The position numbers were made by a program, and so were the translations under genes. The notes below the pieces were generated by a model. That model made no database searches. It was given only the letters and a program-made list of their open reading frames with translations, and was not told where the DNA came from. DNA of 64,000 bases. Source: Polymyxa betae A26-41 (taxonomy: Eukaryota > Protista > Endomyxa: Phytomyxea). Positions 23,474 to 35,100 of the stretch are shown here, in pieces. The DNA lies in contig RBZT01000312.1 in the NCBI GenBank assembly GCA_003693705.1, positions 124,001-188,000 of the forward strand, in the 5' to 3' direction. The number at the start of each line of letters is the position of its first letter. Within the stretch, counting starts at the first letter, position 1.

Positions 23474-24727
23474 TCAAAACGACTCATCTTGGTTCCAGGA
23501 TAGAAGAATCCAATATACTACAGGAATTACACAAGCTTCTGCTAATCGGAATCCATACCATCTATTCGAATGATAACCTGACATAGTACAAAGCCTAAGA
23601 AATCAATGTTAACGGCTTGGCATTAGAAGCGTGAAAATAACCAACAAATTCGTGCCAAGTAGCACAAGACATGCTTTGATAAACGGCTCGATCTCCAGCA
23701 AGTATTCAGAGCTCTCAGAATCAGATAACGAACTCTCGCTATCTAGGAATACAACAATCGCCACAAGAATGGCGACGAATCCAACCAGGACCGAAAGAAA
23801 TGGTCTCCAGTCAAGGACTCCATTTCCAAACAGCATCGACGTCAAAGCACTGCAACGACGTTACAACGATGACCAGGAATTTAGCAGCATCCTCGTACCT
23901 AAAATTCAGAGCGACGACACTTTCGGAAGCCCATGCAGAATACGTGGCTAGAACAGATCCGACAACGCCATCAACGATGGAACCGCGCTCATCAATTATC
24001 TTTTCAAAATTAGCATGCAGAACACTTCAGAGTAATCAGCTTACAGAGATCATTGTAATGATAGGGATATTAATCAAAGCGATATAATACACCAATCCTT
24101 GTGAGAGCGGTGGAAACCCAGACCAGAGTAATGACATCCAAAACCAAGCACAGAATGAATAAGCAGCAGCAGCTATGCCAAGAATGGAATATTTCGCCCA
24201 ATTAGATTCTTCAGATATCTCGTACGCCCAAACTACGACAACGTTCAACGCCCATCCAGATTCATTTCAACGCAGGTAACGATGTCAAATTACCGAAGAT
24301 GAATGAATTTACCCGATTGGTTTATTTTCGCTGAGAGCTGCAAACTTAAATACATAATCGCAATGGCTTCGAAGATGCAAAATAGAAACGCCGAATTCTG
24401 TACCAGAATGCGATACATCTCGATAACGGCTGGGATACGTTCAAGCCCAATATAGAGAAGCGGTGCGACGCCTACAAACAACACGCGATATATAAAGAAA
24501 CTCCCAGCAGAAAAACGTTGAAAGCATGCTGGTATCTGATCTTTAATTTGAGCATATAAAAATAATTAAGAGCGGGAATTCACCTGTACGAAATAATAAA
24601 TGAACGCAGCGAAGCTGGCCTGCATCAAGCGCTTCTCAGCGCCAAGCATGGTGAATGCAGCAGCTGTAGCGCCGCCAAGAGCTGAAGACAGCAACGGCGA
24701 CGTGGCCAATCTCAGTTTAGAAAACAT
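23474..24727 (-). CDS. Polytopic membrane protein, Ice2/SERINC superfamily-like, multi-exon
   Basis: Many TM segments: FCIFEAIAIMYL, SNWAKYSILGIAAAAY, IALINIPII, RGSIVDGVVGSVLATYSAWAS and terminal WYGFRLAEACVIPVVYWILL. The spacing recalls SERINC/Ice2. Confidence 0.55.
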
Positions 24728-24940
24728 CCAGCCAATACAAAGAATAAAATTTCATAAAGAGCCCGCAATTTTATTGAACCTTTTTGAATCAAGAGCGTCC
24801 GACGCGGGTCTATTGCGCGGTCTATTCCATTGTTTGAGTGTCCCAACGCTATCTTTGTTTACAAGCAATTTATCGGAGAACAGCTGGCAAGATGGGATAT
24901 GATTCAAAAAGATATAGCTGCGTTGTATTGATTTTCAAGT

Positions 24941-25630
24941 TTATTCCAGGTTATAGGCTGCAGCTATTACCAGCATTGATAGAATCACCATTACAAAAGT
25001 GTTCGGAGCTGGAGAAGCCGTATTGGTAGCAGATTTCGACGTTGGATTAGGTGCAGGTGCTGTGGCGGCGGTCACTGATACGACAGCGGTGGTGGTCGAA
25101 TCAGTGGTGATGGTCGGAGTGTTGCCGGTTCTTGGCTTATCGTTGAAGTTAGTGAAGTATGTGCATGGGTCCTGGCCACCTTTGAAAGCACAGTAATGTC
25201 CATGGAAGTGCGACTCATCACAGCAAAGACTTCCAGCTGTGAGACCGGCCAGAGCTCCATCACATTGTCCATTATTCGTCATGCACGTACCTTGAGGTCC
25301 CTCCGCCCTGTGACATTACACCTGAATAACGACAAGATTTTTTCATAACATTGACAATACCAGTGGAATGGCCCTGTCCAATTCGAAAATGCTGGGTCTG
25401 ATACTGGTCCACACGTACCGAAATCTGAACACCAATATCCGTCTTGGCAGCCTGAACAGTGTGAGAGATTTGTCTAGCGGGAGTATAGATGGAAGCAGAC
25501 CTGTATTCTCGAAGAATGGACCGCATCGCCCGTCCAGTCTTGGCGTGTTCGAAGTGAATTCATCATAAAGAAAGGCAGCATGTGAAAATGCTGCCAACCA
25601 GACAATCGTAGCTGCCACCAAGCGACACAT
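24941..25630 (-). CDS. Secreted, probably GPI-anchored chitin-binding (CBM18/hevein-like) protein; 3 exons
   Basis: Signal peptide MCRLVAATIVWLAAFSHA. Splicing gives DGRCGPFFENTGCQDGYWCSDFGTCG (CBM18-like), a second Cys cluster CMTNNGQC..LCCDESHFHGHYC..DPC, a Thr/Ala/Pro stalk and a hydrophobic C-terminus FVMVILSMLVIAAAYNLE. Confidence 0.75.
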
Positions 25631-25922
25631 TAGCAAATTCTGACGTTTGAATGATTGCTGAGCTATGGCAGAGGGCACCGAGCTATTTATTTTGGACCGG
25701 GTGGCACGAGCCAGCTGAAGGCCCCTCTATCAGGGAAGGGCTTCGTAATTGGGAGTGAGCCTGCCTGTCGGCCCTCATCTCAGAATTTAGACATTAGGCG
25801 TCAAGCATCGGTAGTAAATGTTTCGCCACTGCAATAATGGACATTTGGACAGCGGTGCCAATTCAGCTAGATATATCTGCTATTCAACACAGGAATGTTT
25901 TATTATTTTGACTGTTTAGAAG

Positions 25923-25952
25923 CTCTTATACCCAACATGATCGGTATAAGAG
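25923..25952. promoter_or_regulatory. Perfect 10-bp inverted repeat with 10-nt spacer in a divergent promoter
   Basis: CTCTTATACC-caacatgatc-GGTATAAGAG. The dyad is certain; its function is unknown. Confidence 0.5.
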
Positions 25953-26129
25953 AACGAAGTATGCTAGCGCTCGAATGCGGTATTAGAATTTCGACATTCA
26001 CGATAAGAAATCAGGGCGCCCGCGACCAGTGGTACCGTTGAACGAGAGATATTTTCGAGGTAAATCAAGCTGCCTTGCGCATGGATCCAGTTATCTAAAC
26101 GGTCCCTATCGGTGTTGAACTGCAGCGCG

Positions 26130-29100
26130 ATGGCTTCTGTGCAAACCTATTGCATCTGGTTGCTATCAACGCTCGTATGGACATTGGCTTATGCAGATGA
26201 TATCTGCTCAAAGAAGGAATGCGCTATTACTGATGGCTATGGTGTTGACTATCTCAATATGAACGTAACATCATCGGGCAGTCATTTATATCGTTACCGC
26301 ATTGCCTATCAGCCTGATAACAATGCTTGTCTCCATTCGTTATCGTTCATTCTGCCATTATGTATGTGCTCTGCCAGCGTCGATCTACGTGGTGGTCCGC
26401 TGAGTAATATTGCTGGCGTTTTCCAGAAGCAAGAGCTGGACGACGCCTGCCGAATTTGGTGGTCGGATCTGGACTCGGACGAGGGCATTGTTTCGTTTCA
26501 AGCTAAGGGGCAATTTGGGATGGGTGCCATATCTGTTCGAGCTGTTAGTGCTGGTACTGATTCGAAGTACGTTCCTATTTGTGGCCCAATATGTCAGAAC
26601 TCAGACTGTGAGTAATTTCATGTATTTCGGTAATTGTTTGTCTGACGCAAGATAATAGGCGAAGGGTCTTCAGCACCTACAGCGATTCCTTCCGGCTCTA
26701 CGAGGACGGCAACCTCTCACAAGCCGCTGTCCACAAAACAGCCTAATTTGACGTCTTCACCAAAGGTGACGAAATCGTCTCGGTCTACGGCGACGCTTAC
26801 GTCTCCTGGTTCTACAAAGGCGTCCACCATTGCACCTACTTCCGCCAAAATATCTGCTGCTAAATCACCTTCCTCGTCGAAGGCACCAACAAGACCTGGT
26901 TCATCTGTCGCAACCATCTCTCCGTCTACATCCTCGCTTATTGCTAAATCGTCCCCCTATCCTATTACATCTCCAAACTCGTTTTCACCAGGTTCCTCTA
27001 AGTTGCCGAACACTCCAACGTCCGCCAAAACTTCAATCGCCGGGTTGTCTCCGTCTTCGAATAGGCCTACAGCAACGCCTTCTCATGGCTCTACCAAAGC
27101 GCCCAGTTTTTCATCTTTATCCACCAAGGCCAATACAAATTCGCCGCCCTCTACAAAAATGCCGACTACTGCGCGTTCACATGGATCAACGAAGACGCAG
27201 ACATCTCCGTCCTCATACGTCAAGGCCACTACTAACGTTAGGCCCTCTACGAAGACGGCGACTGCCAGGCCTTCACCAGGCTCTAGTAACGCAGCGATCT
27301 CCCAATCCTCGTCTAGCAAGGCTCTTCTATCCCCATCAACTGCAAAAGGGTCTTCTTCCATGACTGCAACTATCTCAAAAGCGGCTCAGTCTAGCAAGGC
27401 TCCTTTATCTCCATCAACTGCACAAGGGTCTTCTTCCACGCCAAGGCCTACTATCTCTGCTTCTTCCACAAGCACACCTTCTTCGATACTTTCTGGCTCT
27501 ACAAATGCGCCTATCTCTCAGTCGTCATTCACAAAAGCCTCTTCTGCCCAACCATCTTCAAGGACGCAGACAACAAACGCATTTCCATCCACCAAGGCTT
27601 CTTCAAAGCCTTCTGATACAACGACGCCGTCTATCACTCCGTCCACATCGATCAAGTTATCTTCTGCATCCCCGGTCTCACCTTCAACTTGGGTTGCTAC
27701 TTATTCATCTCAACCCACACATCCACCGTCGCTATCAATGCCATCCACTTCTGAGGTGCCCTGCAATGAATCAGTTCCTTCTACCACTGCTGTGACTCCT
27801 TCGACATCAGTAATGGCGTCACCGCAAATATCATCAGCACCTCGCTCGACTTCTTCTACTACGCCCACAACTGCTCCATTTTCCTCGGCAGGACCAGCGT
27901 CTCCCTCAAAGTCAACGACTCTCAAAACTGTTTCAAGCACGTCTATTCAGAGCACTGCACCATTCAGTTCGGCTCCGACATCTCATCCCACAACACCTCC
28001 CGTGTTCACACCGACAACTTCATCTCAAGGACCTACTACTAAACCGGTCAGTCCGAGTACGTCCACGACGGGATCTACAACTGCGCCTTTACATGGCTCC
28101 ACATCGGTACCCACGACCAAATTGTCGGCTTCCACAAGAGCGCCTACAACGGCTTCTTCAACAAAAGCTGCTACGTCAAATCCGTCGTCCATGAAGCCCT
28201 CATCAAAAACACCTTCAGCTTCAGTGAAGACGTCTACTGCCGGTCCTTCATCTTCGTCGACTTCAATTAAAGTTTCTTCTGCACAAACGAAATCTTCAGT
28301 GCAGGCACCAATGTCGTCGCAAACTAAAGCACCGTCGTCTGTACCATTTACTCCTGTCGGACCCCCGTCGCCAACTCCTCAGTCAACATCGTCGCCACAA
28401 TCTCATACCCCATCATCTAGCTCAGCAACTTCGTCCGCTCCTAGGTCGCCGTCGACTATGATGACAGTTTCATCTTTACAGACGCCACCGCCGTCATCTT
28501 CCAATGCTCATAGTACTGGAACATTTAGTTCCGCTGGACCAACATTGATGTCAACTTCGGTGGCGGTATCTTCATCGAAATCTCCGTCCTCACAGCAAAC
28601 ATCTTCGCCACCTTCATCCAGTGCGCGCTCGAGCGCGCCATTTACTTCTGCTGGGCCTGCATCGCCGTCCATCTCAGTGATTTCCTCATCCTCGCAGACT
28701 CCACAGAGAACGCTGCCGCCATCTTCGTCAAGAGCAGCCTCAAGTACGCCATTTACTTCTGCTGGACCATCATCACCTTCCACCTCAAAGGGTGCCTCCT
28801 CATCTGCAAAGCCAACGCTGTCATCCCGTTCATACAACGAGCGCTCGAGTGCGCCATTTACTTCTGCTGGACCAGCATCACCTTCAACCATAAAGGGTGC
28901 GTCTTCATCTGCAAAGCCAACGTCGTCGCCACCTTCATCCAACGAGCACTCGAGTGCGCCATTTACGTCTGCTGGATCAGCATCGCCTTCAATCTCAAAG
29001 GGTGCGTCTTCATCCGCCAAGCCGACGTCGTCGCCACCTTCATCCAACGTACTCTCGAGTGCGCCATTTACTTCTGCTGGACCGGCATCACCTTCAACTA

Positions 29101-32100
29101 TAAAGGTTGCGTCTTCATCTGCAAAGCCAACGTCGTCACCATTTTCATCCAGCGAGCACTCGAGTGCGCCATTTACGTCTGCTGGACCAGCATCGCCTTC
29201 TACGTCACAGGGTGCGTCTTCATCCGCAAAGCCATCGCTGTCGCCACCTTCATCCAACGTGCTCTCGAGTGCGCCATTTACTTCTGCTGGACCGGCCTCG
29301 CCGTCCACCTCAGTGGTTGTATCTTCACTGCAGACTTCGTCCTCGCAACCAACGCTGTCGCCATCTTCATCGAGGGCGCGCTCAAGTATTCCCTCTACTT
29401 CTGCTGGACCAGCATCGCCTTCTACGTCGCAGGGTGCGTCTTCATCTGCAAAGCCAACCGCGTCTCCACCTTCATCCAACGTGCTCTCGAGTGCGCCGTT
29501 TACTTCTGCTGGACCGGCCTCGCCGTCCACCTCAGTGGTTGCATCTTCACTGCAGACTTCGTCCTCGCAACCAACGCTGTCGCCATCTTCATCGAGCGCG
29601 CGCTCAAGTATTCCCTCTACTTCTGCTGGACCAGGATCGCCTTCTACGTCGCAAGGTGCGTCTTCATCCGCAAAGCCAACCGCGTCTCCACCTTCATCCA
29701 ACGTGCTCTCGAGTGCGCCGTTTACTTCTGCTGGACCGGCCTCGCCGTCCACCTCAGAAGTTGCATCTTCCTCACACACTTCGTCCCCACATTCAACTTC
29801 TTTGTTATCATCATCCAGCGCACCCACACATGCGCCGGTTACTTCGATTGCGCCAATATCGCCGTCAACTTCCTTCAACACCCTTACAACAGCTCCGTTC
29901 ACTTCCGCTGGGCCAGCGTCCCCTTCAACCTCATCACAAAGCCCGCCTTCCACTGCTAATCCGACCTCGATTCTTGTTACTTCCTCTGCCATTACTACTC
30001 TTAAAGCTACAACGTCAGGCCAAATCGTAAAGGATAAAACTAGAAAGCCGACAACGAAAGCAGTATGCAGTCTACAGATGGAATGTTTGCCGGGTCTCCA
30101 AACGACGGTTTCTAATGGCTATAACATCACGGTTGCTTCGTTCCAGTATAATGCAGAAAGAGACCTGACAACGTATACTTATCATGTGAAGTTTCTTCCT
30201 GATAATTTAAATAGCCTCAATGGAGTCACATTCTTATTTTCTTCCTGCATGTGTGCAAATGATATGCAAGCAACTGCATTTCCTCCAAACGAGCCCGTGG
30301 ACATTGGAGGAAAATTCACATCCGAATCTGGACAGTCATGCTCAGCCATTTGGTCGAGTTTGAATGCCGATGAAGGAATGGTTTCGTACCAGTTTCCGGG
30401 ACTTCACAATGTCGGTCCGGTTGCGGTCGCTATTGACGATGGAGCTCCTCCTGATGGTTCTGAGGCAGTGATTTGCGGCCCAACGTGTGGATCGCCTTCA
30501 TGTCAAACGCCTTCAGCCTCGATGTCTTCTTCAGCGAAAAGGTCAACTTCAAAACTTACATCTGGACCTTCGACATCGCTTTCCAGCTCTACTTTGCAGA
30601 GGCAAACCTCACAACGACCAACCTCGCCCTCTTCGACTACTTCCACTACCTCATCAGCGGCTGTATCTTCTATCCCGAAGTCTTCGTGCAGCTCAAACCA
30701 GATGAAATGCGATCCGTCGCTACTGTCCAACATATCAAACGGATATGATTTGTCTTTGCTCGATGTGGCTTACAACTCAACCGCTGATACCACAGTTGTT
30801 ACTTACTCAGTCACACCTGTCTCGGATTCTCCAGCGCCTTTTAATACTGTGTTTTTGATGTTGCCGCAATGCCTTTGTTCTGACGTGAACCAAGTCATGG
30901 TGCAACGAATTAGAGAGGACGATTTAGGAGGGCGGTTTGACTTCGACAACGAGGCATGTTCTTTGATCTGGACTGGTTTAGAGGACAATCAAGGGTCGAT
31001 TTCTTTTTCATTGCTTGAAGAACATAACGTTGGTCCTATTGGATTTGTAATCGGAATGGATGACTCTCCAATTGTCCCATCCCAAATTTGTGGTCCAACC
31101 TGTGGGCCTGTCGTATGCTCGAGAACTTCTCCTCCTCCTTCGGTGGCACTCTCGATGTCTTCTAAAGCATCCACTAATATGCCTTTCACCTCGATTGGAC
31201 CCTTGTCTCCATCGACTTCATTTGCAAAATCTCAATCTCAGACAACGTCTCCGCAATCGAAGAAGTCATTGTCTTCCACTCAGAGGTCCACCACTGTACC
31301 ATTTATTTCTGTTGGACCAGCATCGCCCTCCACAACAGTAACGCCGTCTACAGCGTTAACTACATCTCAACCGCCAAAGCCATCGATGACATCATCATCT
31401 AAGACATCTTCTACCGGCCCAGTTACGTCTGCGGGGTCAGCGTCGTCTTTGCCTTCATCATCTGCGCCGGCTGTGGCTGGTTCATCTTCATCAACACCAT
31501 CAGCTACGCCTAGGATAACGTCATCGTCCCGTCCTGCTTCAATGGCAAGTACAACTGGCCGAGAGGTAATCGATAAGTCAAGAAAACCGACCACCAAAGC
31601 GCAGTGTGGTTTGCAGCAGGAGATGGCATGCTCATCAGGGCTCCTGTCAACTATTTCTAATGGTTACAATATCTCTATTGCTTCAATCCAATATAGCCCT
31701 GAATCGAATCTGACAAAGTATACATACCATGTGAAATTCCTACCTGATAATCCGAATCATCTCCTTGGAGTGTCATTCTTATTTTCTTCCTGCATGTGTG
31801 AAAATAATATGCAAGCAATTGTATTTCCTCCAAATGAACCCATTGATATAGGAGGTGAATTTACTGCCGAATCTGGACAGTCATGCTCTGCAAATTGGTC
31901 AGATCTGAATGCTGATGAAGGATTGGTTTCGTATCAGTTTCCCTCACAACACAATGTTGGTCCTATCGTCGTCTCTGTGGACGATGGGGCTCAGCCTGAA
32001 GGCGTACGAGCAATGATTTGTGGACCTGCCTGTGGATCATTTTCGTGTCAAACCCCTTCAACCTTTACACATTCTTCTTCAGCTGCTACTAGCTCAGCGA

Positions 32101-35100
32101 TGAAACCTTCTTCTAGTCATTCGTTGCCGTCGACTCTTTCCACTTCTATACAGCCGAAATTCACTTCTTCACATTCAATATCTGCAACACCGACACCATC
32201 GATCCTCTCCTCTATTCCACGGTCATCTTGTAACTCGAACCAGAAGAAATGTGATTCCTTCTTGATTTCCAACACCTCAAATGGCTATGCACTGTTTGTG
32301 GCACAAATGACTTATAATGCTACAATCGACGCGACAATTGCAATTTATCTGGTCACGCCCATTTTTGACTTATCGGTCCCCTTCAACACTGTGTTCTTCG
32401 TTTTGCCACAATGTCTTTGTGCTAGTGGCAATCAAGTCATAGCGCAGCGAGACAGAGAGGATGACCTAGGAGGACGATTTGTTTTCGACAGCAACGCCTG
32501 TTCACTGATGTGGACTGGATTAGAAAACAATGAAGGGTCGATTTCGTTCCTCTTCTCTGGAGAACACAATGTTGGACTTGTTGGATTTATGATTGGAATG
32601 GATGACTCTCCATTTGAACCATCACAAATTTGTGGTCCGACCTGTGGCCCTGTTGTATGCTCGACAACTCCAGCTACGTCACTAACTGCAACTTCAAAAG
32701 CCGCAACCAGCCAATCGACATCATTTGCAATCTCTTCTACAATGGTAACTCTTCCGTCACCGAGGCGCACATCTCAAAGATCAACAACCGTTTCTTCTTC
32801 TGCTATCACACCTTCTGTTCGATCGTCTGTTCCCAAATCGTCTTGTGGCTCAAATCAAATGATGTGCAGCTCTTTGTTGTTGTCCAATTCTTCGAATGGA
32901 TATAATCTGTCTTCTGCTAGTATCGCTTACGATGCCACGACTAATTTAACTGCTGTAACGTATTTAGTGACTCCCATTTCAGATTCGTCGACACCATTTA
33001 ATACTCTATTCGTGTTGTTACCGCATTGCCTTTGCGCTGCTGGAAGTAAAGTGGTGGAGCAGCGGAACAGCGCAGATGAGTTGGGCGGGCAGTTTATATT
33101 TGATGAAGATTCGTGTTCTTTGATGTGGATCAGCTTAGAGGATAATGAAGGTTCGGTTTCATTCATGCTGCCTGGTGAATATAATGTTGGGCCTGTTGGC
33201 ATCATGGTTGGCTTCGATGACTCTCCGTTAATACCATCTCAAATATGTGGGCCGGTTTGTGGACCCGCTGTATGCTCGACGCCCTCTCGCGCTCCGTCGA
33301 CGTCTACGACTGCAACTTCCCCTCAATCGACGTTGTTGTCTTCAAAACCATCTTCTACCGTATTGTCTTCAAAGGCTGTTCCCAGCACAAACCCGCCATG
33401 TAGCGCCATGCCTCAACCACAGTGCGACGACATCTCACGATCCTCAGTTTCTAATGGTTTCGAGCTTTCAGTTAAAAACATCAGCTTCAATTCCATCACT
33501 GGCAACACCACTTATACATATGCTGTCAGAAATCATTCTAACGCCTCTCAGCCATTCAACACTGTCTTCTTAACATTGCCGCGATGTCTTTGCTTAATGG
33601 GAATTGAAGTAATGCGTCGGCAGCTGGGACAAGATCTCGGAGGGCAATTCATCTTCGACAGTGAGTTCTGTTTAGCGTCGTGGACTGGATTAGAGATTAA
33701 TGAAGGAACGATTTCTTTCATGATTTCCGGCCAGTATGACGTTGGAATTGTTGGTTTAATGGTCGGAATGGATAAGTCTGCTATAATTCCATCCAAAGTG
33801 TGTGGCCCTTCGTGTACGCCTCTTCAGTGTCTATCGACAACTTCGCCCTCTCTGTCATCAAGAACAACTGTAAGGGCTACGACTCCTCCTACCACAAAGC
33901 CTTCTACCTTCACTATTCCAAGCTCTCTGTCTAGTACTCCCTCACCATCGACAACTGCTTATATCACCACTTCACAAACTACGTTGCCACAATTATCCAC
34001 TTCTAATCCTGTTACCTCCGCCGCAGTACTGTCAACATCATCTCGTTCGATGCCGCCAACCTCTGTAAAGGCTACTGCTTCATCAACGAGAACTCCCACA
34101 ACTATATCGACAACACAGCCTTTCACTTCTGCTACACCAACTTCATCGTTGCCTGCTTTTTCGTCGTCGATTACTGCCAAACGTACAACTTCATCAACAT
34201 CTCAGGCAAAATTGTCAACCACCAGATCTTTTACATCCGCTGCCCCAGCTTCGCCGACAGCATCTTCTGGACCAGTAACAACGCCAAGGAGATCCTGCGG
34301 TTCAAATATTATGCGATGCGATTCGCTCTTGTTAAGCAACATTTCCAATGGTTATGACATGTCGGTTGACACCATTTCCTATGATTCGGCTACTAACATG
34401 ACATCCGTCTCTTATCATGTGAAATCGGTATCAGAGACCTCTTTACCATTCAACACGGTATCACTGAAGCTGCATCACTGCCTCTGCTCTTCTGGGGTTC
34501 GCGTGTTGGCACAGCGAAATAGAACGGATTATTTGGGAGGGCAGTTTATTTTTGACAACAATGCCTGCTCGTTGATGTGGACTGGCCTAGAAAGTAATCA
34601 AGGATCAGTATCATTTATGTTACCAGGTGAATATAACGTCGGACCTGTTGAGTTTATGATCGAAATGGACGACTCTCCAGTAAGGCCATTTACGATATGT
34701 GGTCCAGTTTGTGGACCTGTCGTATGCTCAACGACTTCACCACCTATTCGATCGACATCGAACATTTCACCCTCTAAAAGCTCGACATCATCAATAGGCT
34801 CATCTTCTGTTATACCGTCTTCATCAAACGTCCGAAGTTCAACGCCATCGTGTAGCCTTATGCCTCAGCCTCAATGCACCAATGCTTCTAGATCTACGGT
34901 TTCCAATGGCTATGGAATTTCTGTCCAGAATATCACTTTTCATGCTGCCAGCGGTAACACTACAGTTGTCTATGCCATTAGATCCATATCAAACTCTTCT
35001 GTGCCATTCAACACTGCTTTCTTAGCATTGCCTCGGTGTTTCTGCTTAGAAGGGGTGGAAGTAATGCGACTGCAATCGAAAAACGATTTCGGTGGCCAGT

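Noticed and set aside
28620-29935. Regularly spaced repeats considered as a CRISPR-like array
   Set aside because: Units are in-frame coding repeats with no unique spacers, there are no cas genes, and the context is eukaryotic.
28508-30030. 494-aa antisense acidic ORF and 307-aa Arg/His-rich alternative-frame ORF
   Set aside because: Shadow frames of the Ser/Thr/Pro coding repeat; stop codons are depleted by codon composition.
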